From the NCBI RefSeq assembly GCF_009914755.1, contig NC_060928.1: 64,000 nucleotides of DNA; one strand, written 5' to 3'. Of the stretch, positions 40,740-64,000 are shown piece after piece (the stretch's first letter is position 1; each line of letters opens with the position of its first letter). This DNA comes from the human T2T-CHM13v2.0 reference genome, Homo sapiens. The translations under genes were made by a program, and so were the position numbers. The notes beneath the pieces are model-generated. The model worked only from the letters and a program-made list of their open reading frames with translations, was not told the DNA's origin and did not search any database.

Positions 40740-41720
40740 GATACCGGGGTGTGCTGGCCGCCAGGAACTGGCCGCCTCCAGCTGAAGCCCGGGAGGACCC
40801 AGGGTCTTGGCCCGGGCACCCCGCGGGCCTGTTATGTTTTCATTATGACTCGGCGGAACAACCCCTCCTTTTCACTTTTCGAAGTGAGCAAACAAAAGAT
40901 CCAACCCCCAACATTTCAAACGGCCAGGTGTGGGGGAACGCCAGGCCCGCGTGGGGACAGCCTTTTAAGGTTTAAACAGCCGGGGCGCCCCGAAAGCGCT
41001 CATCGCCCCGGAGGACAAAGGCGGCAGGGGCACGCCCCGGCGCCGGCGTCGCTACTCGGGACCGCCAGGAGGCGGCAGCCAGGTCCCCGAGTGTTTCTTA
41101 GACTGAAGCGCGAAACCGTCCCCACCCGCCCTGAGCGCTTCAATCCAAGAGTGCAACTTCTCCAGGCCGCCCTGCAAAGCCGAAGGAACCCGCGGCCCCA
41201 CTCCGGTCCGCGCGCCCGGTCCACTAACCCTCGTTTCCCCTCCAGCCGGAGCAAGACGCAGACCTGCTCGGTGCCCAGTCGACGCCCCCTGCCTACCTGC
41301 CGGGTGCCCCCTGCGGAGCCCCGAGGCCGAGCTCATTGCAGCCAAACGCGCAGCCAGACACCTTGCCCTCCTCTTCCTGAAGCCACAGGCTCCCGGGCCC
41401 GGCCCCGCCCTCGGCCCTTCCTCGGCGGCCCCGCCCCCTGCCCCCGAGCGTGGGGCCAGTTGGTTCTGATTGCGCGCCGCCCGGGCTCCCGTGGATCGGG
41501 CTGGTCCTTCCCAGAGTTAAAGCTCCTCCCAGTCGCTCCGGAGCCCGCGGGGACCAAGAGCGCGGGGGCAGGGAGAGGTACGCGGTCTTCGCCTCCAGGC
41601 CCGCTGGGACTAACCGTGCCCTGGGGACATGCCAGTTGCCACCCGGGGGGACACACAGACCGCCTAGCCCGAGGCAATTTCACATCACTTGTGTGAGCTC
41701 GGACTCATTTAATCCCAGCT
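40740..41720. promoter_or_regulatory. CASP6: CpG island / TATA-less CASP6 promoter with GC boxes
   Basis: High GC and CpG density around exon 1; CCCCGCCC motifs at ~41403 and ~41429. Confidence 0.9.
41297..41336 (-). CDS. CASP6: Caspase-6 exon 1 coding part (MSSASGLRRGHPA)
   Basis: gcaATG at 41336; GTAGGC donor; 40 nt; lies in the CpG island. Confidence 0.97.
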
Positions 41721-41773
41721 GCCCCAAACATTTGCTATTCCTTACTTTGCTATGCCTGTACTTTCTAGAGGTA

Positions 41774-45188
<3,415 letters not shown>

Positions 45189-45327
45189 AGGGGGTGGCAT
45201 ATATGTTCCTGTTTCATGTGTAGTCCTTTCCCCAGTGCAAGTTACTTTGTAGGACTTGCAGTAACTTATTTTAAATGTTCTTTGTATATGAAACTTGGGC
45301 CAAAGTAAACTGGAGGTAACTCCTGGA

Positions 45328-45622
<295 letters not shown>

Positions 45623-47099
45623 TTCTCCTGGATTTTTCAAATCTGGCTTTCATAGGTAGAGCTAATTCAGGGACAGAATCATGCAGAAATTCACAGAATG
45701 ATGAGGGTCTCTAGATAATGGTGTTTCCTGGGGAGAGCATGTTGTCCTACCCCAAAAATAGCAGCCAAACAGTGTGCCAACAAGGTGCCATGGGGTGCTC
45801 AATGTTGGATTTAATTTAGCTCCTCCTTGGGTGGTTGGCTATTGTAAAAAATTTACTTTGACAATGCTTTCAGATTTGATGAAACGGTGGCTTTATCTTT
45901 TGTAATTCCTCTGGACCTTGTAATTTTAAAAGTAAGCAACCTTAGAGTGGGAAAAAAATTAAAATGTGTTAAGGCACCACTTCTAATATATTAAAATAAG
46001 TATAATGAATACTTAAGAAATAAGTATAAGGAACTCATCTCATACTATTATTTGGGAGAGAAAAAATCTAATTTGGTAACTTCTACATGTGCCTGTGGTT
46101 CAAGTCTTGATGTCATTAGAGTACGAAATCAAAGAAGGGTTTTTACTCAAACCATTTACTGTTCATTGTATGCATAAAATATTTCAGAAATCACTGTCTT
46201 AGTAACTTATCCTGCAACAAAGACATGGAATTTCCATATTTCCCTTGTATGGTGGTTGTGATGATTGGGTTAAGTGACTGTCAAGGACTCAGAATACTGC
46301 CTGCCATGTGAAGAGCTCAATGAATATTGGTTATTACCATCTTGTTGTACTCGTTGGAAACAGCAGTGGCATTTTTTGGTTTCCTCATTACCTACCCCAG
46401 TTGCCTTGCATGTGGCTCAATATTTAGCCATTGACTACAATTCAGGGTTTTCACATTTACACTCTGGCTTTTATCCAGTCTGAATGAGTTATCTGACCAC
46501 CAGAACTTCCAGTCCTTTGGCCTCACTTTCAGGGTCTCTGAGTCCTGAAAACATTCCCTCGACAAGAGTGGAACTCCAGTTGGCTGACGTTCTACTTATC
46601 TGAAAAGAGCAGATGGAAGGAATTTGTCATTTTTTCTCCATAAGTATCTTATTATCTCAACATTACTACTATAGTCTACGTGGTTAAGTATTTTAAAACA
46701 ATATTTTGTCTACCTTTTTTTCCCCTTATTCACCACTGATCAGGATTTTGTCTAAAAACATAAATACAGAACATTTTCTTGGGTACTTATTTCAGAATTA
46801 CAAATGTATAATTTTAGCCTCTTAAAGCAACAGCTAGCCACAATAAAATGGCTGAGTGCCTGGGACTGGGAAACAGGCTGCCCAGGTTCTACTCACGGCT
46901 TCCCCATTTTATTTGCTGTTAGATATGTGACAGGTAATGCAACTTAACCTCTCATAGCTTCAAACTCTTTGTTGTAAAATGAGGTCCAAATCTATTCCAG
47001 AGTTTTTGAGACAGTAAATTGCAAACTCCTATGAAAGTACTGAACCCACAGCAAGCTTTCAGTACATTAGTTATTTTCAGCACTGAAGATTACCTAAAC

Positions 47100-47278
47100 T
47101 ACTTCCCAAGCTGTGGTCTATGAACCAGCAGTATCATCATCTGAGAACTTGTTAGAAATGCAAATTCTCCTGTCTACCCCAGACCTACTGAATCAGAAAC
47201 TCTGGGGGTGGGGTCCAGCAGTGTGTTTTAACAAGCCTGCCAGTGAGTCTCACGCATGCTCATGTTTGAGAACCACCA
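47100..47278. mobile_element. MER5A-like MITE
   Basis: cttgttagaaatgcaaattctc...cagacctactgaatcagaaactctgggggtggggtccagca...tttgagaaccac. Confidence 0.85.
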
Positions 47279-47919
47279 ACATAGACTGGAATCCTACCAA
47301 GCACTCTCTTCCCTCTCAAAGAAAAATATTCCCACAGCAAATCCATTAAAATTCAGATACACTAAGTTAACTGACAGGATGACTTGATTCTTCCTATATC
47401 TGAATAGTTTTCCATAAAAGTGACTTATTGAAACTGGTTTGCCCTCATATCTCAATCGTGTCTTCATTACAGCTTCTCTGTGCTCAATGTCTCCTTTATG
47501 AAATAAACAGCCATCTCTGTCCCTGGAAGAAATGTGCCAAAAGATTTTAAGGAGATAGGCATTATTCAAAGGCAATATATTATTTTAAAATATAAATAAA
47601 AGTGGAACTTATTAAAACTGAAGGTCTTGGCTTGTCACCTATCATAGGAATGAAATATAGGGAATAAAGTTAAGTTCAGAGATAATTCTACAACTTAAAA
47701 ATTTTGGTCACTGATTTTGGTGTTTAATATTTTTTCTTACAGAATTCATAGAAATATTAATTTCTATGATGATTCTGATTGCTATACTTAAAACTTGAAA
47801 GCCAACAGAGAAATGTTTGTCAAGTTGTCAACAAGGAGATTTTTGAAGGATGTTATGGAAACTGAATAAGTAAGCCTGAGGCAAAAAGTCTAACATCATT
47901 GTGACATATATAAAAGATG

Positions 47920-52318
<4,399 letters not shown>

Positions 52319-52437
52319 TTAAAGATCAGTTTTTTCTTCATAATGACACCTGCATGCGGCTCGTTGGCTGTCCAGATATGGTTTACAACCTAAATGTATA
52401 ACACTGTCAAACAAGAGCTCCACTGTTGTTTCACATG
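52319..52437 (-). CDS. PLA2G12A: PLA2G12A last exon (ACETTVELLFDSVIHLGCKPYLDSQRAACRCHYEEKTDL*)
   Basis: Translated by hand; cag acceptor; TAA at 52319-52321; 119 nt. Confidence 0.97.
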
Positions 52438-52674
52438 CTGCAAAACAAGAAAATGGGATTACTGTTGGGCAACTGCATTGCTCTTTTCACCTATGTTACA
52501 CATTACAGCACAGCAACAAGCATATCCCTCGTGAGCACTGAAATGTATGCTAGATGAAATCACCAAACTCTCACAACCTGTAGCATATTTACATACACAC
52601 ATATATATCTACAGATTTCCAGTTTTAGTCTCATGCATCTTATTTTTTGTTTGCATTCAACTGTTTAACCCAAT

Positions 52675-53708
<1,034 letters not shown>

Positions 53709-54596
53709 CCAGTTAGGTTTTTAAATTTTTTGAAGACTATGAAAAGGTAATTTATTTACTTTTCTTATTCTAAGAAACCTGAAACATCCAGGTGAGATTA
53801 TCTTAACATGTTACACTTACAGAGATATAGCACAGAGTGGCTTTTAGTTATCCAAATACTTTTCGTTTCAAAATATTCATGTTAAGGAAGAAACTTGTCA
53901 TTACAAAATCTTAACATTTTCAAAGTTCTCCAAAAGACTTTGCCATTAAGAAACAACCAACCACAGAAGTGGAGAGGCTATGACTATTAAATAGGAGGTT
54001 ACAAGATGATTGGTTTCACATTCTTCTTAAATCAGAAAACAGGAAATAAATCTATCTATGCTTCAGGTTTACAGCTAGTTTACCTTAGCCAAAAGCTGCA
54101 AAGGGATACAGAGGCTGTGAATTCAAGATTACCTGCAGCAGAGATTTCTTCCTTGACATGAATTATTAGGATATTAGAATCAGGGCTATAATATGAGACT
54201 ATTTGGAGAATACTGTATAATAGACAGAACACAGATTTTAAAGTCAGGCTAAATGCTCACTTGGGGCAAGTTACTGTTTTCTGAACCATCGTTTCCTTCC
54301 TTGAAAAATGGGGATAACACTACCTACCTCTTTAGGTTTTTGTTGGCATCAAATGAAAACATGAATAAAATATCTAGCACAGTATCTTATGAAAGTGCTT
54401 AAAATGTTATTTTCCTTTCCTGCCTTGCCTCTTCTGATTTCAGTGTATGATATGTTCTTTGGCTTGACAGTAGAGAAATCTTATAACTACCAGTATTTGA
54501 ATGGTGATTTATTTGTATTTCCACAAATACTTCACTTCATCCTTATGACAACTCTGTGAGGTGAGTATCATCATTCTTTTAAAAATGACACCAAAG

Positions 54597-54735
54597 GGCC
54601 CTTTCCCTTTGCTAGTTTGGCTTTCTATCTCTTCACCATAATACCTCATGGCAGTGAGTACAACTATATGCTGAGTCCCGTGAGTCCTCCTAGTAAATCA
54701 CTGAACCTGGGGGTCATCTGGGGACCTTCCCAACA
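54597..54735 (+). mobile_element. MER21-like LTR 3' fragment
   Basis: gtgagtacaactatatgctgagtcccgtgagtcctcctagtaaatcactgaacctgggggt. Confidence 0.55.
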
Positions 54736-54807
54736 GAAACCCATAAGACAAGTCTTCTAGAAATTCCTACTCCAAATCCAGTGTGCTATACTCTTAAATT
54801 CACTGGT

Positions 54808-55152
54808 GGTATGGTCTGAATGTTTGTGTCTTTCCAGAATTTATGTTGAAATCCTAACCTCCAAAGTGATGAAATCAGAAGGTGAGGCCTTTGGAGGTGT
54901 CTAAGTTCCAAAAGATGGTAAATGTGATTAGTGCTCTTATAAAAGAGGCCCCAGAGAGCTATCTAGTCCTCTCCACTAAGTGAAGACACAGTTAGAAGGC
55001 ATCTGCTACGAACTAGAAAATGAGTCCTTATCAGACACCAAATCTGCTAGTGCCTTGATCTTGGACTTCCCAGCCTCCAGAACTGTAGGAAATAACTTTC
55101 TGTTGTCTATAAGTCACCCAGTCTATGGTAGCAGTCCAGATGGACTAAGACA
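54808..55152 (+). mobile_element. MLT1A-type MaLR solo LTR
   Basis: tatggtctgaatgtttgtgtc...ttggacttcccagcctccagaactg...ggactaagaca. Confidence 0.88.
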
Positions 55153-55481
55153 ACTGGAATCAGAGTTTCAAACTTTAGCTACTTTAGGTTCTTACATGAT
55201 GACTGGAGATATATTTTAGGGCACAAGGTAGATGAATTCTTCTCTCTCTCAGCCTTAGACACCCCTACTCTCCCAAGGTTTCCTAATGCTTTTTGCTTCT
55301 GTGACTATAAATCATTTTAGATTATAAAATCATCAGCTCCTCACCTCAGAAAATTGAAGTCTGTGTCACAATAGATAATATATGTGAAAGATTTCTATTG
55401 GTAAATCCTATACTAAAACATAGAGCATTTGATACAACTTTAAAAAGTACACTCATCCCCAAGCCACCAGATCATCCTTAC

Positions 55482-55647
55482 CCTGAACATGCTGAGTTAG
55501 TCCTAGTGTTTTCTGTACATCTCGGCAGATCTTGGAGAGGCAATACTGGAATTCTTCATCACAGTCATTCTTGCTTTTGCCACAGGTTTCATAGCACCTG
55601 TCGTGTTGGTTGCAACACTTTGTCAGGGAAGGGATACCAATGTTAAG
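55482..55647 (-). CDS. PLA2G12A: PLA2G12A exon 3 (LNIGIPSLTKCCNQHDRCYETCGKSKNDCDEEFQYCLSKICRDVQKTLGLTQHVQ), catalytic His-Asp
   Basis: sPLA2 CCxxHDxCY motif; cag acceptor and GTAAGG donor; 166 nt. Confidence 0.98.
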
Positions 55648-56616
55648 CTGCAAAAGGCATTTGGATGGATTACTGTCAATGAAATGCAAAACTCCTCTGA
55701 AGTACTGCATTCAAATAGACTAAATAGGTATAAATGATAATGACTGCTGTATAGATAGTTCCAAAATCCATTTCTGCCTACAAATATTTTCTGTGTTATA
55801 AATCTCCCCATTACACTTACCCATACCCACCCATGTTACTCTCTCAGCTATGCCTCACTGCTCCCTATTCTGCAGCGTTAGAACACTCACAGTTACCTGT
55901 CAGTAACAAAATTTCCATTTGTCCAAAACACAAAACATAAGTTTTAAAAAAAGAAAGATGAGGCTAAGTCCATTAAAGATTCTCCAGGGGCTAGGTAAGT
56001 ATGATTTTTGGATACTCAAAGTGTTTGTGGCCTCTCCTTCCAAATAAAATTTACTTTATGTGAAATATCACAGAAAACTTTCCTACAACTCAAATTTTTT
56101 TGTTTTTTAATCTTTAAATATTTCTCCATTCCCCAAAGATACTATTACTCTGAATCTATAACTTCAATTATTTTAAATAACTTTATACACAAAATCCTTG
56201 TGTCTAGGAATCATTCTCATAAACATTTTTTTCCCATAATACTTGGCTTAGATCCAGTCACTCCTACAACAACCACACAACTATCCCACTTAGCCTTGTT
56301 TTAATGTCGAAAACATGATTTATCTATACTTTTTCCCTCTAAGTAGTAGCACTTCTGTACTCCAAACTTTTCAACTATGTATGTGATATTGGGAAATATC
56401 ATTTAAATAGTACGAACATCTATAAGATTCAAAAATAAAACAATTTTACTTCATTTACTTTTGTTAGTTTTGCCAAAAAGAATCTAATAAACCTGATCAC
56501 TCTTACACCCAGCTAAATTATTTGTGAATCTAAGAACATGCTGATAGTCTTATATCACCAAAAGTATTACATGATTTACCAGTTACAAAACTTATCAAAT
56601 AAAAGACAATATTTAC

Positions 56617-56693
56617 ATGAACACCAAACAGTGGAGAGCCACATCCATTCGGTGGGGAGGGTTTATAACCATAACGTGGGAAAGGCTTAGATC
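56617..56693 (-). CDS. PLA2G12A: PLA2G12A exon 2 (GSKPFPRYGYKPSPPNGCGSPLFGVH), Ca2+-binding loop; exon 1 lies beyond the window
   Basis: Group XII NGCGS motif; tag acceptor and GTAAAT donor; 77 nt. Confidence 0.96.
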
Positions 56694-57524
56694 CTATAAA
56701 ATATAATGGTATCATAATTAATTTTCAAATATGATAAAAGTAAAATACATACTCAAAAAGGTCAATATGCTACATTAGCCTTAGAAATATGTAATATTTA
56801 CTTGGATGCTAACATAAGTGCATATGTCTTTATTCTGATGAGCATTAAGAATGCTAATTAGACTTTTTATTTCTCCTGTGGTGAGGAATATATACAAATG
56901 TGCACATATATACATATACACATATATAGCAACTCATAAAATGTAATTATTTGTAAGCCTATGTCATACGAAACATACAAAAGCTTATCCTGGACTTCTG
57001 GAGATTTCAGAGGTCACTTGCCAGATAGGGTTCATATGTATGAAAGATAAATCCACCCTGTTTTCCTGTACATTCTAACACTTTGTTTTTTAGGGCTAAG
57101 ACAGTATCTTCCCAACTCCCACAAATGCTTCATTGCATACAAACCTCAATAACCATTAACCAACCAGTTTACTTGGGCAAAGCCTAAGGCTAAGGAAGAC
57201 AAGGTCATCTGATGATCATTCAATAACCTTAGTACTACAAGACATTACAAGACCACGCATTCTGCCTGCTGCCCTCCCACCGAGTCAACCATTCCACAAA
57301 TATACTTCTTTGCCATCTAAGGAAAAGGTTAGGAGGGATACTTGATGAACTACGGTACTCCAGAAGTACTGTAGTTCTAATGAAGTACTTCTAAAGAACA
57401 GAAGACTTGGAAGGCTAATGTTCCCCAGTAGCATCAAGGGTTCAGTAACAAGGAAAAAGATGACATTATCATAGCAATCTTAAATTTTGGAGGGTACTTC
57501 AGAAACACCTCACCTCATTTAATA

Positions 57525-57910
57525 CAGGTTTACCTCAGAGATATTGCAGGTTCAGTCCCAGATCATCACAATAAAGCCAATATAACAATGAAGTGAGTCA
57601 CATAAATTTTTTTGGTTTTCCAGTGCATATAAAAGTTTTGTTTACACTATGCTGTAGTCTATTAAGTGCTCAATAACACTGTCTAAAAAAGCCAATGTAC
57701 AGATCTTAATTTAAAAATACTTTATTGCTAAAAAATGCTGACACAGATACTAAGTGAGCACATGCTGTGGGAAATATGGCACCGATAGACTTGCTCAATG
57801 CAGGGTCGCCGCTAACCTTCGATTTGTTAAAAAGCAAACAAGCAAAAAAAAACCCCACAATTATTTGTGAAGTGCATTAAAGCAAAACACATTAAAATGA
57901 AGTATGCTTG
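57525..57910 (-). mobile_element. Tigger1 internal-deletion derivative with both terminal inverted repeats and TA flanks
   Basis: taCAGGTTTACCTCAGAGATATTGCAGGTTC ... AAAATGAAGTATGCTTGta. Confidence 0.85.
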
Positions 57911-58341
57911 TATAGAAATCACTTCAACCTACCAGTCACCTACTGGCTCTTTGAATGTTTCCCACAACCCTCCTACATCAAGAAATAACCTATTCTACTG
58001 TGAAATGACATCAATTGTTAAGACATTCTTCTGCTTTCTTTTAAGTTCTACCTATAAACAATCCTCTGCCCCTTGGGGAAACAGAAAAATAAGCCAACTC
58101 CCTATTTTACACAATAATCCTTTCAAATATTTTGGGCTACAATTTATCTTGCCTTCTAAAATGAGATATTCCCAGGTATTTTACCCTAAGACATGGCAGT
58201 TTCCAAATACAACCCCACAGTTGGATACATAGGAGTGACACAAAGTATTCCGCCAATTTTCATTTAACATTTATTGGTAGATTTTATAAAGACAAGGTTA
58301 CCCTCCAAAAATAAATTGAGGGTAAAAAAGCAGCTCTTTCA

Positions 58342-59527
<1,186 letters not shown>

Positions 59528-59594
59528 CAGTCCTTCATTCCTAAGAAAACAGTTTATGACTTGGCTTCCTACTTACAAGGGCCTACAGAGGAAG

Positions 59595-60833
59595 GTCCAG
59601 TGGGCATCTCAAACTTAAGCTGTCCCTCCTGACATTCACCTCAAATTTGCTCCATTCACAGTTTGCTGTTTTCAGTTAACAGTAATTCTGTCCTTCCAGA
59701 TGCTCAGAGCAAAAATGTCAGACATTTTTGCTTATGTTCTTACGTTCTTATACCCCACATTCAATCCAACAGTATATCCTGTTGACTCTACCTTCAAAAT
59801 ATTCAGAATCTAATCACTTCTTACCACCTCCACTACTACCAATCCTGCTCCAAGCCACAATGGATTATTGCTATAAACTCCTAACTATTTGCCCTACTTT
59901 GGTTCCCCTGCTCCACACCAACCCCCATAATCCAGTCTCAACACCGAGCACAAATGATCGTATTAAAATATGTTAGATCAAGTCTTTTTCTGCTCAGAGA
60001 CGCTTTAATGGCTTCTCATCTTATTCAGAACAAAAGCCAAAGTCTATAAAGCCTATGAAACCCTGTATAACCTGGTCTTCCCATGATTTCTCTGACCTCA
60101 TCCTCTTCCTAGTCTCTCTTCCTTTCTTCCTCAACCTATTCCTCTTTGCTGTTCCACAGACACTGCAGGTCTGCTCCTGTCCCAGGGCCTTTGAACCTGC
60201 TCTTCCTGTATGTGGATGCTCTTTCTCCTGACACTAGTTTCTCCTTTACTGCTATGGTTTGAATGTTTGCATCACCCCAAAATTCATGTTGAAACCTAAT
60301 CACCAATGTGATGGTATTAGAAGGTGGGACTATTGGAGGTGATTAGGTCATGTGGACAGATCTCTCATGAATGGAATTTGTGCCCTATAAAAGTGGCCCT
60401 AAAGAGCTGCCCTGCCCCATCCATCACCATGTGAGGACACAGCTAGAAGGTGCCATCTATGAACAAGGAAGTGGACTCTTACCAGACATTGAATCTGCCA
60501 AATGCTAGATCTTGGACTTCACAGCCTCCAGAACTGAGGAATAAATTTCCATTGTTTATAAGCCACCCAGTTTAAGGCATTTTGTTACAGCAGCCTGAAC
60601 AGACTAAGACATTCACCTTCTCAGCAAGTCTTCCCTGACCATACTATTTGTAGCACATATGACCTTCTAACATACTATATCACTAATCTACCTATTTTAT
60701 TATGTCTCCCCATCCGAAAATGTAAACTCCTCGAAAGCAGACATTTTTGTGTTTTGGATTCCCAATGCCTAGAACAGTGCCTGGAATAACTTTGTGATGA
60801 ATTTTTACAATAAGTATGTGATGAATTAATGAA
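59595..60833 (+). mobile_element. L2 3' region interrupted by an MLT1A LTR (~60250-60611)
   Basis: gggcatctcaaacttaa...tgtaaactcctcgaaagcag...tgcctagaacagtgcctgg...atgaattaatgaa; the LTR runs tgctatggtttgaatg...gactaagaca. Confidence 0.8.
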
Positions 60834-61686
60834 CAGAAGACTTGGAAGGCTTGGAATATTCATTATAAATGGAGATTATCCGTTAAGAAACCCTGCTGTT
60901 TGCCCTAGAGTCTCTTTTGGGCTTGGTGAGCATTCATCAGCCAGCCTCCAAAGACTGATGACTTCTAGCTTGTCACATCTCTTTAAAATACAGCACCTCA
61001 GACTGAACACTGTAGGGTAAGATGGGCTTTTTAACCTTTTGTGCTGGATAAAGTACTTGTATTAAAACAGCCTAACACAGTATGTTTCAGCTGTGCCTGA
61101 CTGCTAACATAGACAGTAGTAAAAAAAAAAAAAATCATCAGTTCTTTCTAAAATGGACTTTTTAATACTTACTGCTAGAGGCTTAGCACTTCTGCAATTT
61201 AATTTTGAGTCTAAATATAAGATTGTATATAAGATTCAATCTTGTTAGTTTCAGTTCACCATTCTCGACTGCTGAGCAGTTTTTAAATCTAGAGTTATTC
61301 ACCCAGTGTTGCCTGTTGCTCCCAGATATTCACAAACTTAAGATGCAGATATTAATCAGGACAGAGGTCCACTACAGATGAGTCCTCTCTCCAAGCAGCC
61401 GTGAAGTCATCAAATAGTAACCAGTTTTTCTCACAGGAGTATCATGAGAAACTATACATTTATCTATAGTTTTCTTTGCCCTAACACACTATAAATCTCT
61501 TCACAGAAAAGGAGGCTGGATCAGCATTTAATTCTTGGGAAGCCCATTCTAGTTCCTCAAGCTTCATCATGAAACTCTCTTTCGTCAGGGGTTTTGACAA
61601 TCAACTGTTCAAAATGTTTAGAAACATATCTAGAGATACACACTAAGAAATAGGTCAAGTTGTTAATCTGAAAAAAGTACAATAAA

Positions 61687-61894
61687 TACACCAGAGAATG
61701 TTCAAAAAGTCTGGAAACAGGAATAATAGTGTATTTACAATATATATTGTTCAGGTTAACAACTGGACTGTTTTAAATTTAGAAGTATATCATCTAAAAA
61801 AGTGTCTAGTGGTTAATGAAAAACATATTGAGTGTGTCATTTGAAAATAAAACATAATGTTTATCCTATGTTTCCAACTTTTTAGACACCTTGT
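61687..61894. mobile_element. ~200-bp TcMar-type MITE (DNA1_Mam-like) with imperfect terminal inverted repeats
   Basis: tgttcaaaaagtctggaaacagg at the left matches the reverse complement of cctatgtttccaactttttagacacc at the right. Confidence 0.55.
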
Positions 61895-61956
61895 ACATTC
61901 TCCCTCCCTCCCATCTGCCAGTCTAGAGATTTCTGGCACCTCACCCTTTTCCATGA

Positions 61957-62421
<465 letters not shown>

Positions 62422-64000
62422 TAGACTCTGATTTCAAATCTATAAAAACATTCCTGATGCTGATGATGTGTGTAATGACAGTGATACATATATATGTGTA
62501 TGCATGCGTGTACATATATAGACATTTTCTCATAAGAGATAATTACCTTTGAATGGGAGAATGATCAGACACAAATGAAGTCAGAAAAACTAAAAACATG
62601 CCCACCATAGGAGAGTAAAGAGGAAGAGATAGTACAGAGAAGGACAACTGGCAAAAATGAGAATGGAGGTACAAGGAAGTAGGAGGCTGCTGTGCCAAAC
62701 AGGGCTAGTGGTTATAACTGTCTGAAGAAGAAAAGTTGATAAAAATCAAGTAATAAAGAGCCAACATCTACTGTACATGAAAAACTGGATAATAACACCA
62801 TGAAATAAATGCTGGTAAAAAGTTTGGCTCCCCAGTGTAAATGGCAAAAGGGGCATATGTGTATGGTTCTTTAGTTTTTTTCAAGGCAAACTCCTAATGT
62901 CATTTCCTCAGAGAGGCTTTCCCTGCTTACCCAATCTAAAATAGCACCCCCTCTCTTTCTAGCATTTATTGACCTAATTAACATTAACATTAGTCGGTTT
63001 CTATGAAGAAAGGACTTAGTCTTGCTCACCTAGAAGATATTTAGCACACAGTGGGCACCCAATAAATTACCAGATTAAAAAATGGGAAACATTCTTTGAT
63101 GAAATTAAAATAATTCTTTATCCACAGCAAAAAACTGAAAACTTGGAAGTAACTAGTTTCCTGAGAAATTCTAAAGTATTTTGAAATTCTAAATTCACCT
63201 TTAAATTAAAATAGTTATTTCTGAACAAGGCAAGTTATATAGACAGTTCTTTATTAGAGGTTAAGTTGATTCAGACACCAATGTTACAAATGTATTAATA
63301 TTTTAAATTTTGTTATAGTTTTATAAATGGCTAAGCATTTTAAAAATTAGCATTTCTACTGGTGCCAGTTTTTACAAATAAAGCAAAAACTCAATAATGG
63401 AAGAAACAAAATCAGAGTAACATCAAAACACCATGATGTGTTGCGGCCATTGTCCTCTAAAATTTGTAAGCGGATACAAACCAAATCCACTGTGTACAAC
63501 TGCATGGAAAGACTATTCATTAATTTCCATTTTTGACTTAAGCAATAGCTCCTTCTCTTGATTGTTTATCATTTGTATGGACTGCAGAAATCTAAAGATT
63601 TTCATAGACTGAGACAAAGTTGATTATTTTCCATGTATTTTTTCTAAATTTGATGCAAATACTTCCAGATAGACCAACTGTTTTCACCTGACAGAATATG
63701 AAGCAGATGACAAGCACAAGAAGTAGTCTGCTGGGTCACACAAAGGTCTCATGGCAGAGTTTTGTAAGATTCCAACCTGCACTCCCAAACACTTGAGACT
63801 TTAAGTATTCATGATCATTAATCTCCAAAAGGTCCTTATATTACTTTATTTTTCTAGTCTGTTCACTTTTATATTTTCCTCAAATCTCCAACATCCCCAT
63901 TCCCCATCTTCTCTGTCAGCTGATGACCTGGATTCCTACTTTACTGAGAAAAGCAGGCAATCAGGAGAACTTGAACATCCACCCACTTAACCAGCACCAG

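Noticed and set aside
40659-41696. 345-aa ORF antisense to CASP6 exon 1
   Set aside because: Non-ATG start and Pro/Arg/Gly-rich composition expected of a CpG island; no recognisable domain

Overview
Human (hominoid) genomic DNA, recognisable as the 4q25 MCUB(CCDC109B)-CASP6-PLA2G12A locus. It holds the last five coding exons of MCUB (+), the complete 7-exon CASP6 gene (-; 882-nt CDS, 293 aa, CpG-island promoter near 41.3 kb) and coding exons 2-4 plus the long 3'UTR of PLA2G12A (-). MCUB and CASP6 converge, with apparently overlapping 3' ends near 26.55-26.65 kb. The 18-kb MCUB intron is almost all mobile DNA: old L1 pieces, a full-length HIGD1A retrocopy with an intact 93-codon ORF and 15-bp TSDs, a nest of MER31/MER67-like LTR > MST (MaLR) provirus with an internal inverted duplication > SVA, and a solo HERV-W LTR17. 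Elsewhere are a near full-length Tigger1 upstream of CASP6, many Alus, and MLT/MST LTRs. No new biological system can be proven from sequence alone. The best candidate is the sense-oriented, intact HIGD1A retrocopy, which carries splice-acceptor-like AGs and its own poly(A) signal and could act as an alternative last exon of MCUB. Exon borders were read at single-base level; repeat borders are approximate and family names come from recall of consensus sequences.
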